A stretch of DNA of 64,000 nucleotides from Macrostomum lignano (GCA_002269645.1 NIVC01000385.1:1-64000); one strand, 5' to 3'. Counted from the stretch's first letter, positions 12,683-25,294 are shown. Made by a program: numbers and translations. The notes: generated from the letters alone by a model not told the origin.

Positions 12683-14148
12683 ATGGCGTCATCCGCCTCT
12701 TTAACCCCCGCTGAAGCCGGGGCCCCGGCAACTCCGGCCGGTGACTCTGGCACCAGCGCCGCCCCACCGGGGGCAGATGGGCTTGCCGCCGGCTCGGCTG
12801 GTGACATGCCCGCACGCGCAACCGGGCCCTCCGCTGAAGCCCGACGCACCCGCAACCAACGCCGCAACGAGCGGCGACGGCGACTACGGGGTACTGCGGG
12901 CCGGCCACCGGCGGAGGGGAACCTAGGGAGGGCGAGGCTGCTGTTGGGCCGAAAGGAACCACAGCAACCCCTGCCCCCCAGGATACAACCCCCGCTGGTG
13001 AGCCACCCAGTATACCTGCTACAAGCGCGGCCGGGCCTTCGGGAACCGCCGCCACCAACTACGCCTCAAAGGTCAAGCTCCAACCGGCGGTCATCGTCTT
13101 CGGGGAAGAGCAGGACCTCACGGCCGACGAGCTCGACAGTGCCTGGCGCACCATCGATGCTGCGCTCATCGACCAGCTCCTGGCGGGCCGCCCTGTGAGC
13201 GTGGTCAAGTCTGCCAAGACCGACGGCTGCATCTTCATCTGGTGCAGCTCGGAGGAGAGCAGCCGCAATCTACGCGAGCTTCTGCCAAAGCTGAACTGGC
13301 CCAAGAAGCTCGGCAAGCTCGTCTTCGCCAGCGAGGGCGAACGACAGAAGACCCAGCGCTTTCGCGTCTGGATCCCGGCCGGCAGTGCCATTAAGTCCGG
13401 AGATCAGCTTAGGCAAATATTGCTAAAGCTGCACCCCGACCTTAAGGTCAACGGGCTCCTACACCACGCCACTTCCCGCAAGGAGAAGGGGGCTACGGTG
13501 ATCCTAGGGCTCTCTGATGACTGGGCTAAGCGCTTGCCGCCTAAGTCCACAATTCATATTGGTCTGACTCAGCTGACCATCCTCCGTTGCGAGGAGCGGA
13601 AAGCTGATGAAGCCAAGAATGCCAAAGCTTCCGAAACCGGAACTGGGGCCCAGGCTCCTCCGGCAAAGAAGCCGAGGCAAACGGCCGATCCTATGCCCGG
13701 TAAGGCAGTTCGCGCTGCTGAAACCGGAAATCGCAATCGCAGACCCGCCAGGAGCACCCGGAGGTCCGGCCTGATCCAGCGCGCGCTGGACCAGGCCAAG
13801 AACCTTCGTGCGCATCGTGAGCGGGCCCGCGCTTCTCGCGCTCCACCCCAACAGCCAGAAGGCCAGACTCTAAGCGGGGAGGCTCCGACCGACTGGTTCG
13901 AGTCTGTGACTCACCAGGAGGCTGGCGCCACCCGCATCGACCTGACCGACGAGGCAGAGGGGACGGGCAGTGACAGCACCGAAGCACGCAGGAGAGGCGA
14001 CGGTAACGTCCACGCTGGGCTCACGTCCGCGGAGGACTCCACAGCCACCCTAACTGCTGAGGACGCTGAAACTCCCATGGAGGTCTGCGGGTCACCCACC
14101 ACTGAAAAGGAGGAGGATGACCTGCTCAACGATTCCCCAACTGCGTGA
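12683..14148 (+). CDS. LINE ORF1 (DUF4780-like gag protein), ~490 aa, one 1-bp frameshift at ~12899
   Basis: MASSASLTPA...RRTRNQRRNERRRRLRG continues, after adding one G in a G-run, into PATGGGEP...NYASKVK...QRFRVWIPAG...LLKLHPDLKVNG...ATVILGLSDDW, which resembles R1/LOA ORF1. Confidence 0.8.
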
Positions 14149-14150
14149 TA

Positions 14151-17100
14151 ATGATCAGCAACCAGGGAATCCATTGCCTGCAGATTAATCTGCAGCACTG
14201 CGTCGCAGCCTCGGTCAACCTTATGCGTTACGCCGAGCTCGACAAGCCGGGGCTCATCCTCGTCCAGGAACCCTGGACTCTCAGAGGTAAGCCTCAAAAC
14301 GCCCCTGCTGGCTACAATTGTTTTTATACTTACCCTCGCGAGGCCAACCAGCCTCCCAGAGCTTGCATCTTTGCGAGCAAAACGCTCAGTGCGTGGCTCA
14401 GATCGGACCTGTCCAACAGGGACATCTGCGTCATCCAATCCGAGGACCTTCTTCCTGGGAAGACCACCCTCATTGCCTCGGTTTACCTACCAGGCGATGC
14501 TGCGGTCGTCCCCAGAGCCCTCGCTACGCTGGTAGAGCTCTGCTCTGCCAAAAACTACGAGCTCATGGTTGCCGGCGACATCAACGCCCACCACACTCAC
14601 TGGGGCAGCACTGGCATTAATCAGAGAGGCGAAGACCTCCTAGCCTACGTTGCCTCTACGACCCTCGAGTTCTGCAACTCTGGGTCCACCCCTACCTTTG
14701 ACAACGGACGGTGGTCGGAGGTGATCGACGCTACGCTCGCAACGCCCAGACTCTACCAGAGTATTGGGGCGTGGCGGGTGCTTCCAGTGTCCTCACTATC
14801 GGATCACAAGTTCATCTCCTTCAACCTAATGGCCGCGCGTAGCGCAACTCGTGTTATGTGGAGACGGAACGCCAGAAATACGGATTGGGAAACCTTCGGG
14901 CTCGCCCTGAAGGAATTCCATCGGTCTCCTGGCCAACCATCCACGATCACGTCGTGCCGAGAGGCGGATGAGTGCGCGACTGTTTTGACAGAGACGCTAA
15001 CCGCCGCCTTTGAGGCGTCCTGCCCTTTAAAAGCCTATAAAGGGAAAAAATCGGCGCCGTGGTGGAATCCCGAGCTCGGCAACCTCCGTCGCAGGGCTAA
15101 GAGACTCCACCGCAGAGCAACTAAAACTAAGAGCCCTGCAGACCAAACCGCCTATCATGAAGCAATTCATGAGTTTAAAAGGCAGGTTAGGAATGCAAAG
15201 GCTCAAAAATGGCGACAATACTGTGAGGAGCTAGAGGGCTCACGCCCCACCTCCAGAGTTGTGAAAGCGCTCACGCTGGACAAAATGTCTAAGCTCTCCT
15301 CGGTCAAACGCACCGACGGTACGTCCACGGACAACCCAGGGGAAACGCTTGATGTAATGCTCACTGCGTTTTTCCCTAACGAGCCAGCTAACCAGACCAC
15401 TCCGGATCACTCGGAGGGAGGTCACGCGCTGGCTGCATCTATCATCACGGAGGACCGCATTGTGAGAGCGGCAAATTCCTTCAAGCCTTTCAAAGCCCCA
15501 GGACCCGACGGCATTGTACCGGCCCTTCTAAGAGAGGCGGTTAAATGCCCAGGCTTCCTGCGCAAACTTTGCAGCCTTCTTCGGGCATGCATCACGCTTG
15601 GTTATGTCCCGCAGGCATGGACCGAGGCAAAGGTGATCTTTATCCCTAAGCCAGGCCGCCCGGACTACCATTCTATCAAATCCTTCAGACCGATCAGCTT
15701 GACCTCCTCCCTGGTCAAGCTGATGGAGAGACTGGTGCTTTGGCGCCTTCTCTCTGTTGAGCTGAAGAACAAACCTCTCAGCGAGAACCAGCACGCTTTT
15801 CGGGCGGGTCGCTCCACTGAAAGCGCGCTGCACGTCCTGGTCGATAAACTCGAGAAGGCCGTGCTTGGTAGTGGCTTTGCTCTGGGGATCTTCCTGGACA
15901 TCATTGGCGCCTTCGATAACGTCCTCTTTGAGGCGTTCCGAAGAGCTCTTTGTGAGAGGCTAACGCACTCACATCTCACCAGATGGATCATGTACATGAT
16001 CAGCCATCGCACGGCCACCGCCAGTCTGCTGGGCTACCAGAGGACGGTCCCCGTCTGCAAAGGTAGCCCGCAAGGTGGGGTGCTGTCTCCAGTTCTCTGG
16101 AATATGGTCATCGATGAGCTCCTCCGGGATGTTCGGCCTGACCCCATTCTGAAAGTTGGATATGCGGACGATGTCACCGCGGTGGCATCTGGTCCGTCCC
16201 CTGATACCCTCAGGGACCTTCTTCAGAACTTCATCTACGCTGCTGAGCAATGGGCGGACCGCTGTGGTTTAAGGCTCTCTGAGACTAAGACCGCAGCGAT
16301 CATGTTCACCAGCAGGACCAAGTGGCAGATTCGGCCGCTCACGCTTTACGGAAGGGAAATCCCCTTCTGCAAGCAGACTAAATGTCTGGGTATTACCCTG
16401 GACCACAGGCTGAACTGGTCTCCCCACGTTCAAACAAAAGCCAAAAAGGCCTTCGCAGTCCTCGCGCAATTGCGCAGGGCCGTCGGCACCACCTGGGGGC
16501 TCACCCCCAAGCGCCTCTGGTGGATCTACACTGCAATGGTTAGGCCCGCTATCTCGTATGGCGGCCTGATCTGGGCTAGCGCCCTGCAGATAAAGACCTG
16601 TCTAGAGGCTCTCAGGAGAGCGCAAGGGCGCGCTTGTCGCACGATCATGAGCGCCCCTCCGTCTGCTCCTTACGATGGCCTCAACGCCTTCCTCAACATT
16701 CCTCCGCTGGACATCTTTGTCCGCAGGGAAGCGGCTAAGACTGCCCGCCGTCTAGCTGACGCTGGCATTCGAATCCAGCCCCATAGGGCCATGGCTAAGC
16801 GCAAGCTTCTGCCCCACGCTGACCTCTGCCTCAAGGACTTGAGAGACAGCGGCGGGCTCCACGTCCTATCTGACGGCGAACCCCGCACTCTCAACCTCTT
16901 TCAGCGCTACAAGGTCACCATCCCCTCTAGGGATGCTGCCAATGACCACTGGAATTTCCAGGAGGTCCATTGCTACACGGACGGATCCATCAAAGACGGT
17001 CGCGCCGGCTTTGGGGTCTGCATCATCATCAACGGCCGCGTAATTGCCACGCATGCCCAGCACACTGGTAGACTCTCCACAGTCTTCCAGAACGAAGTCC

Positions 17101-17854
17101 TTGCCATCAGCTCTTGCGCTGCAGAGCTAAACGCCAAGGTTACGAGAGGAAAGACTATTGTCATCCACTCCGACAGCCAAGCGGCCTTACAGGCCCTTTG
17201 CCACACCACAACGAACTCCCGGACAGTCGCCGACTGCGCCCGGCAGCTCAACCTCCTGGCCAGAAGCAATACTGTCAGGCTGAAGTGGATCCCAGGGCAC
17301 GCAGGGTTTCCGGGGAACGAGCTGGCAGACACCCTCGCCAAGAGGGGCGGCTCTGGCTCTTTTTTCGGCCCTGCCCCCTGGTCCCTATGCCCTTGACAGT
17401 CATCAATCGTCAGATCGACGACTGGGCTGACTCCCTCCACAGGGACAGATGGGCGGGCACCCAAAACTGCCGGCAATCTCGTGCCGCGGTTCCTTGCCCG
17501 TCTCACAGGCTCAGAAACATCCTTCTGAACCAGAATCGGAAGGATATTCGAGCCCTTGTCATGACCCTTACCGGCCATGGCTACCTCGCCAGGCACTGCT
17601 TCCTCCGAGGCGACCTCGAGAGCGAAATTTGCCCCTTTTGCGAGTGCGACAATGAAGATGCTCAGCACTTTGTCTGTCACTGCCCTTTCTTTAACAGAGA
17701 CCGGCTACGCTACCTCGGGCCGAACCCGTCCATTGACGAGGTTTGCCAGCCCGACAGCATCCCACGGCTCATCCAGTTCCTTCGGGCGACTAGACGAGCC
17801 AGTCTCTTCCCAACGGAAGATCACGCTGCAGGACGGACCGGCGGACCACCCTGA
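14151..17854 (+). CDS. LINE ORF2: AP endonuclease + reverse transcriptase + RNase H + CCHC finger, one 1-bp frameshift at 17374-17378
   Basis: APE motifs LQINLQH, LVQEP, GDINAHH, SDH; RT motifs KAPGPDG, FRPISL, QGGVLSP, YADD; RNase H motifs YTDGS, SDSQAA, WIPGH, GNELAD. One extra C in the C5 run joins the frame to ...TLTGHG...CPFCECDNEDAQHFVCHC. ATG lies 2 nt after the ORF1 stop. Confidence 0.95.
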
Positions 17855-19508
17855 CCGGCCCCACGCCTCTGCCTGTCTGCGGGCCTTCAGGGGCTAGCGG
17901 AATGGGCGACCCTCGCCTCCCCGCTGTGTCTACGGACCACCCTGCAGCTAAGTCAAGTAAGTCAAGTGCGGCAGTATTTGAGGCACGGAGCTGACCGGAT
18001 CTCGGGGCGGTCGCATCGCCGCAACACAATCGGTGCCATGACGCCTTCAAATTCAATTCGCGCAAGCGCAGTCGCGACTCCACAAGCCAGCGGGCTTTCG
18101 CAGGCCACCACATCTGCTACCGCAGCGGGTCCAAAAGCGGCCAGTTCCCACTCAGCAGCAGAAGGCAGCAAAGCGCCGCAGAGTGAGCAGGGCTGTTCGA
18201 GAGACTGATGATTTGATGGGGTCAAGTGACGATGAATTTGGGTGTCCTACCGAATACAGTGACTGACATGTCAAATCCTAGGCTAATTAAGATGCTTTTT
18301 GTAGGATTGTGATTTTAGAAGATTTGCTGTTTAGTTTTTGGGGAAATATGCATAGGTCCGGTGTTTCAAGTCGGTAAAATAGGGTGAGTTCTCACATCGC
18401 TTTTTGCTCCTCTATTTGCATAAAAACTTTTGATACAGCTAGCAACCGGACATACATCAGAGAGGACGTGTGTAACATATTGACCATTGTACCCTATAGC
18501 TATGTCTGAATCATTGACGATGTCGACACTTACATGTGACAATAACATCCAGCTTTGCATTGCAATCTAAGTTCATTGCAATTTGCGTGCCAATAATGTC
18601 AAGGAGATTTGTCGCCCCAAATTTTCAGTCCTGGTGAACGAATTTCTTTATTTTCAAGGCTTAGATTCAGCGGATCCGTACGACCTTTGCGATGCAAGCG
18701 ATAAGTATGAGTACTACGAAATTTTCTGTGGTGACGTCGTCCGCGGACATTAAGGACCAGCTGTCCTCGAAGTTGAGATTCGTTCTGTGCGGACCAGTTC
18801 AGCCCGCTGTGTCGCAGTGTCGGATAGGCGCCCTGTATTGCTGGTTCAGTTTATCACTACAAGTTACTGTATGATGATATATTGATTTGCATGCAAACAA
18901 TTATTAGTCATAGGTCTGCTGAAAAATGTCTACTGCCGAGCAGAAGATTGACCCTCATGAAGGAGCGAAAGCTCCATGCTGTCATGGCAGTTGGATAAGC
19001 GACAGTGTCGTGAAACAGTTTGGAGTTAATAGCATTCGTCATGCAAAGCAAGAAACTTATTACGGTGGACCATCTGCGACTTGGAGAACGTGACAGAAGC
19101 CGTTACGAGTGATTCATAGAAGCGTAAGGTAGTCAGAGCTTGTTCTCAGGCACTTAACTGGGCGCTCCGATTGCCATTATGCTGGAACATTGCCTTGGGC
19201 GAATCCGTTCTAGAAGACATTAACGGACCTATCCAAAATCAGCCTGAAATCCCAGTCGTTGTCGCGATTCTTGCGTTCTCTGAATTCCTTCGACGAGGCT
19301 GCACGAACCCCTAAACATTTAAGCTCTCAAAACCGACTATTGAATTTCTCATTCTCTAAAATATGATACTGACTGTCGTGTGTTTTAAACCGGTTTCGAT
19401 ACGGGAACGTTAACCTACTACAATTTCTAAAACGCTTAAAGGCGCAATTTATATGCCCAAATGAGAGTATAGTCGATATCTTAAAAAATTTACAAGTGAA
19501 TATAGATA

Positions 19509-20046
19509 TCAGTATAGGCTAAACGAGTTTAAGATGGGCAAAATTACATCACTAGTGGTGTAGATCGAGCTGCCCAACTTCCTGTATGTTACAGAATCGC
19601 CACCGACGGAAGCCACGCGTTTGCAGATCAGCTCAGCATTTTTGGTGGGATTCACTGCGATTACAATGTCGCCTCTGTGGATGGAAACACAAAATAAGAA
19701 ATACCTTTGCACACAAATCGACATTTTGTGTGGCACTCAATTTCAACGTAAGTGCCATGTTTTGCCTTTTTAACTTAGCCGAAGGTTAAGCTATAGGCTG
19801 TTTTTAAATCGGTAATGTGTCTTACCTTGCAATCTGTTTAATAGAGACAGGCGCCACTCGTGTATAGACAATGGATTTATCGGGTATTGTTGGCTCCATG
19901 CTGACTCCATCTATCGTATATGACGGGTACATTGGCCAAATATGCAGATAAGTGAAAGTGGTAGCAACGGTAGTCGCTAAGCAGGTCCAGCCGGTATGTT
20001 GACTGAAAAACCTGTAACAACTACTGGCGCTCTTTAAGTGTGCCAT
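19509..20046 (-). CDS. Mitochondrial inner-membrane peptidase IMP1-like (S26) gene, two exons seen, C-terminal part not found
   Basis: Exon 20046-19826 (TM segment, GVSMEPT catalytic Ser box); phase-2 GT-AG intron 19825-19675; exon from 19674 (RGDIV, ICKRV catalytic Lys box). The GDN..S.DSR box was not found. Confidence 0.75.
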
Positions 20047-20141
20047 GCAAATAGTTTTGCTCTCGAATATATTATATCGAAGGAGAAGCGACACTATCTG
20101 TATGCTTAATCGTTCGAAGCAATATCTCGAAAAAGTAACTA

Positions 20142-20560
20142 TCTCTACCTATAAAAATCAAAACTCTGTGTGTGTCTGTGGCCAATTTGTTCGCTATGGA
20201 CTCCCAAACCACACAACCAAATTACACCAAATTTTGCACCCACCCTAAACTCACTACGGAGAATGTCTTAGGCTACCTTAAAAGTTCCTTAATTTGAGTC
20301 TTCCTACCTACAAGTGCAAAAAAATTGCTCAAAATTCGCGATTTTTTACTTAATCCTCCAAAGCGCCGCTCCAGTTTTACTAATCCACTTCAAATTTAAC
20401 ACAATCAATTTTCAAGTATTTTAACACGATCGTGTAAAATTTGGAGTCTCAAAGTCAATCCTAAACGGCACTGTGCACTTTTAAAGTTAGGCTGTTTTTT
20501 GTCAGCGTAGCAACCACCCTAACCTCCGTCTGCCTCTCTTTCCCAATAAGGGCCCAGAGG
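20142..20560 (+). mobile_element. Possible Helitron-like non-autonomous element, 5' end only
   Basis: A|TC start followed by TACCTATAAAAATC...CTGTGTGTGTCTGT...CGCTATGG...CACCAAATTTTGCAC, resembling metazoan Helitron-N 5' regions from memory; no hairpin+CTRR 3' end located. Confidence 0.35.
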
Positions 20561-20802
20561 GTTAATGGGTTTAAAAATAGACTATGCTCCATAGGCCCAC
20601 AGTTGGAGGCTGAAACCAAAAGTGGGAGTTTGGGTCATAGACAAACTAGCTTGAGGCAAAAGAAGGTACTTTTATTAAATCCAGGGAGATGTGCAGTGGG
20701 GTTTAAAAATTGACTAATTTTGGCTGCCATAAGTTTGTTTTACCCAAAAGCGATTGACTTCAAACTTGACACAATTCTTCATTGACTGATTTTCTGTAAA
20801 TT

Positions 20803-21435
<633 letters not shown>

Positions 21436-21875
21436 GGGCGCCTCCAATCTCAGGCACGGACGCGGTACATGTAAAAAGGACAAACAAGTCAAGTTGATTT
21501 AAGTTGCCGATATTTCGAATTAGGTAAATTCTTCGTCAGGGCAAGTGAAAAGTAGCGACAAGTGGTGTTGTAAAAGTTATTAAATAGGCGGGTTAGAGGG
21601 GAGAGAGAGTAGACAGGTAGATAGAGAGCGTACGGTATGTACACTTGGTGTGAGTCGATAAAACACTATTAGAGTTGAAAATGCAAAATAAAAAACAGTG
21701 CACAAATAAAGTGAACCGCACGTGGGCTGCAGCGATCCTACACACGAAATAAATTATGGAATGGTGCGACTGCACCGGTGTCTAAAAAGGGTGTCTAAAA
21801 AGAAAGAGTGACTCTAAGCACTTTACAAAATGGACCTCAATAAATAAAAAAGGTGAACAGGCCCTCAAAAACTAA

Positions 21876-21895
21876 AGAGAAGAGAAGAGATAAGA

Positions 21896-21983
<88 letters not shown>

Positions 21984-22061
21984 GGATCAGAGAGAAATGA
22001 GAAAAGAAAAGAGGAGAGGAGAGAGACAAAGGGAGGGGAGAAGAGAGATAGGAGAGAAGAG

Positions 22062-22137
<76 letters not shown>

Positions 22138-22340
22138 GGATCAGAGAGAAATGAGAAAAGAAAAGAGGAGAGGAGAGAAAAGAAGAGAGAAGAAGAGATG
22201 AGATAAGAGAGATGGAAGAGAAGAAAGATGAGGGAAGGTACGAGAGAAGAAGAGAGGAGAGAGGAGAGAAAGGAGAAAAGTTGAGAGGAGAGGAGAGACG
22301 AGGGACGAGAGAAAAAGAGGAAACAGAAGGGAAGATAGAA
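21876..22340. repeat. Purine-rich compound (GA)n block 2
   Basis: Same spacers as block 1 (GGATCAGAGAGAAATGAGAAAAGAAAAGAGGAGAGGA) with different (GA)n lengths. Confidence 0.95.
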
Positions 22341-22665
22341 GTTTCAAACGATCCAACGGACGTAGGGAGAGTCAGAGGCAGAGGCCAGAGTTTGCCAATA
22401 CATGTCAGACAGACATTGCCCGACATTCTGCGCAGCACCCTGCAGCCAACAATATCAACTGTTTGCCTCAAATCCTAATTTTACACGATTGTACTCCATT
22501 TTATGTTTACCTCTATCCTACTAACTATTAACAAGTTTTTGCCTGAGAATGGCCTCGGATTTCAGAATACATGCAAAAATAGTTCCACGGATTAGAATTT
22601 CCCGGGTTCAAAATCTGCGGGTTTCAACAGCTTGTCATAATATAAATAAGCTTTTGCAATCTATA

Positions 22666-23706
22666 CAGGGAAGCCTCTATGGTCGCTGCGCTCCCCAGGA
22701 AGGGACACTCACCCACCCCACCCCACTACGCTCTACGAGTTTAGGGGCATGGTATAGAATGAATGAAATGATGCTGCTGCTTATCGATTTCTAGCTAGAG
22801 CAGTTTGTACGCGAACTTTTGTAACACCTCTCGTATTTCATAGCTTGCTAACTGGAAAAAGAATATATACACAGCCAGAGCTTCCCCGAAAGTGGACAGC
22901 AGCAGAGTTGGAGAAGTTGTTGCGCAGCGATCCAAAGCACAACCGGATCTGCTCGCTGCATTTTTCGGAAAGGTTATTTGTAACAAACTCTCAGGACTCC
23001 AACTCCAGCTGTAAGCGCTCCGCATTTACAAATGCAGATCGACAAGAAGCAAAGAAGCTGAAAAATGGACGGTTGAATTCTGATGCCGTACCCAGCATCT
23101 TTCCAAACGCGCCATCCTACTTCAACAAAAGTGTTCCTGAGGAGCGATGATATCTGCTTAGACTCGGCGAGAGAGTGCTATGCATCGCTGCGAGGATGAG
23201 GCAGAAACATTTTGAAGTCAAAACTATCTGAGAAATGAGCTATAGCTCTGATGTATACCCGTAGTAGACTTAGCTTTTGTTTTATAGAGTCATACTCGTA
23301 CAAAGTGCTATTTTCATACAGCATGCCCCAGCACTTTTCTGCTCTGTAGGTAAGTTAATTTCACTCTCTTTTGCTAAAGTATCACCTAAGAGTAATGATT
23401 TCATTTTTTGTTTCATTTTTGTTGCATGGCCCGAAGGGTTGTAAAGTATTTTTCTCGCACTAACAAAACGAGAGTTTTTTTTAATAACCTTGGAGACCTA
23501 ATATAAAGTTCTAAATGTTTTGCGTTGAATAGTGCAAACCGTATATTTCTATGACTTTTTGTTAAAAAGTTATCAGTCAGAAATAAAAAACGTTGCATTT
23601 TCCTATTCATTCACTGCTTTCAAATTGGGGTTTTACCCCTAACTTGTATGCTGCCTAAACTAGTGTCCCTTCTTGGGGAGCGCAGCGACCATAGGAGGCT
23701 TCCCTG
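22666..23706 (+). mobile_element. Non-autonomous P-superfamily DNA transposon with THAP remnant
   Basis: 44/45-bp TIRs CAGGGAAGCCTC(C)TATGGTCGCTGCGCTCCCCA(G/A)GAAGGGACACT at 22666-22709 and 23662-23706; 7-bp TSD ATCTATA/GTCTATA (6/7); internal ORF 22845-23150 with RICSLHF...DAVPSIFP (THAP C-terminal half). Confidence 0.85.
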
Positions 23707-23946
23707 GTCTATATGACCCATAGAATTAGGCAAAACGCAGCCAAGACCCCTCGCAGGCGGCGTATGGAGGATTCTCAGTTTGGATGGCTTTTGGCTGACA
23801 AAAGCTACTGCCTTCTTTCAGTTCAAAAATACAAGCGCTCGATTTGGCTTGGCCGCAAGCACGACCATGCCCCTAAACTCTCATTGACTGACAACTAAAT
23901 AACATTGTGCTCCACATAATTAGCCATCATGACAATCTCGTATTTA

Positions 23947-24470
23947 GCTTTTGTCAGCCAAGTTAAGAATCAGTGGCGGATCTAGAGTTTCATTTGGGGG
24001 GGGGGGCGGTCCAAGTTTGGGGCGCCAACACGAGTATAAGGGGCGCCAATTTTTAAGCTTAGGGCGCAAAAAATGCGTGTAGGGGGAGAAAAGTCAAGCT
24101 TAGGGGCGCAAAAGTTTTTGGGGTAAAAAAACTAGTTTAGGGGGCGCAAACTTAGGTTTTTGGAGGGCGCAATATGTTCTGTCAAGCTATTTGGGGGGAG
24201 GGGCGCCCCCCCTAAATCCGCCCCTGTTGAGAATTAGGCCAACCAAGTTGAGAATTCCCACTGGCAAACTGCAGCAATCAGGCGCTGGCGATCTGCGAGC
24301 GAGGTTTCTGCAGGCATTCTGCGTTCATTCTGCACGGCTGCGGCTGATTCTCAATTTGGCTGGCTTAATTTTTATCAACTTGGTTGGCTTTTACTATCTG
24401 TGGATAAGGACTGTTGGCAAATGGGAATTCTCAACTTGGTTGGCTTAATTCTCAACTTGGTTGACAAAGC
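23947..24470. mobile_element. Small foldback/MITE with ~50-bp TIRs built of GCCAACCAAGTTGAGAATT units
   Basis: Left arm (after removing the nested hAT MITE) gcttttgtcagccaagttaagaattaggccaaccaagttgagaattccca is the reverse complement of 24422-24470; TSD not identified. Confidence 0.7.
23971..24226. mobile_element. hAT-type MITE nested in the foldback TIR
   Basis: TIRs CAGTGGCGGATCTAG / CTAAATCCGCCCCTG (13/15); 8-bp TSD TTAAGAAT/TTGAGAAT; internal GGGGCGCAA repeats. Confidence 0.85.
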
Positions 24471-25294
24471 AATACTAGAATGTATATGCGAATTTTGGCG
24501 AGTGAGATATAGCTGTTAGTATCTGCGGTTTCCCTCAGTTTTGGGGATGGGGGATGGTTGTCAGCCTCCTGATTGGTGGTGATTCTCACTTCATACTTGA
24601 TTCTCTCACCCTAGTGTTATGCCTACCGATTATATCGTCTTCAGCTGTCAGGTTACCGTTCATTTTCATATCGCTTTAAATGAACATCAAACATGATGCA
24701 TTCTCCCGGGACTTTTATCTAGTTGTTTTACGAGTACTATGAAAAGCTAGGCAAACAGACTAGATTTAGCTAATTTAAAAATAAGCTCAATGCTTTAAAC
24801 CCCTACTAGAGGTTACATTCAAACAATGTAATGCCATAAAGATTCGAATAGCCAATGATTTATAACTCACTAAACTAAGTATAAGCGAAAAGAAAAGATG
24901 AAAAAATGTTTATATATACTGAAAATTAATCTAAGCTTAATGATGAAGTTTATTTTGCATAAAGGTACGTAAACGTAAATGCGTAGGTAAGTATACCTAC
25001 GCAACAATCTTAATTTATTTTCGTTCAGGTGACATTATAAGAAAGAATGCTGTGCACAGCTAACTCAATTGTTACACATATTTTATACACTTTTTCCAGA
25101 CATACTCGTAGTTGAATTTCTTAGCAGTTGAGGCAAAGGCAGCGAATAATATAGCAACCAGAATATTGGTGCTTTAATGGTAGGTATATTATCAAGCAAG
25201 CAAATACAGAATGCTGGAATTAACTGTCTTGAATTAAACTTGAAGTTAAAGGTAATGCATTGATCGGTAATACATATATAGAAAATAACTTTTT

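Larger units (their letters stand above)
12209..17962 (+). mobile_element. Apparently full-length non-LTR retrotransposon, LOA/R1-type (I group), 5.75 kb
   Basis: Perfect 12-bp TSD CAAGTGCGGCAG at 12197-12208 and 17963-17974; 474-nt 5' UTR; ORF1; ORF2 with APE-RT-RNase H-CCHC; 3' tail (TAAGTCAAG)2 overlapping the TSD. Confidence 0.95.
10630..18208 (+). pseudogene. Multi-exon DUF4806/BEN-like gene remnant, frameshifted and interrupted by the LINE
   Basis: Exon-like segments with GT/AG ends (~10630-10833, ~10950-11620, 11794-11968, from 12125). Removing the LINE and one TSD copy restores QDLVASQVRQ|YLRHGADRISGR; the upstream exon encodes AVTDMVSVILTPRMQALVNFKACG. These resemble the BEN-like DUF4806 core. 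Several frameshifts. Confidence 0.5.

Noticed and set aside
12243-17897. Many short overlapping and antisense ORFs within the LINE
   Set aside because: Shadow frames of GC-rich coding DNA; no recognisable motifs.
18300-19450. Short ORFs, including as the missing IMP1 exon
   Set aside because: No GDN/DSR motif or other recognisable domain; stops in all frames.
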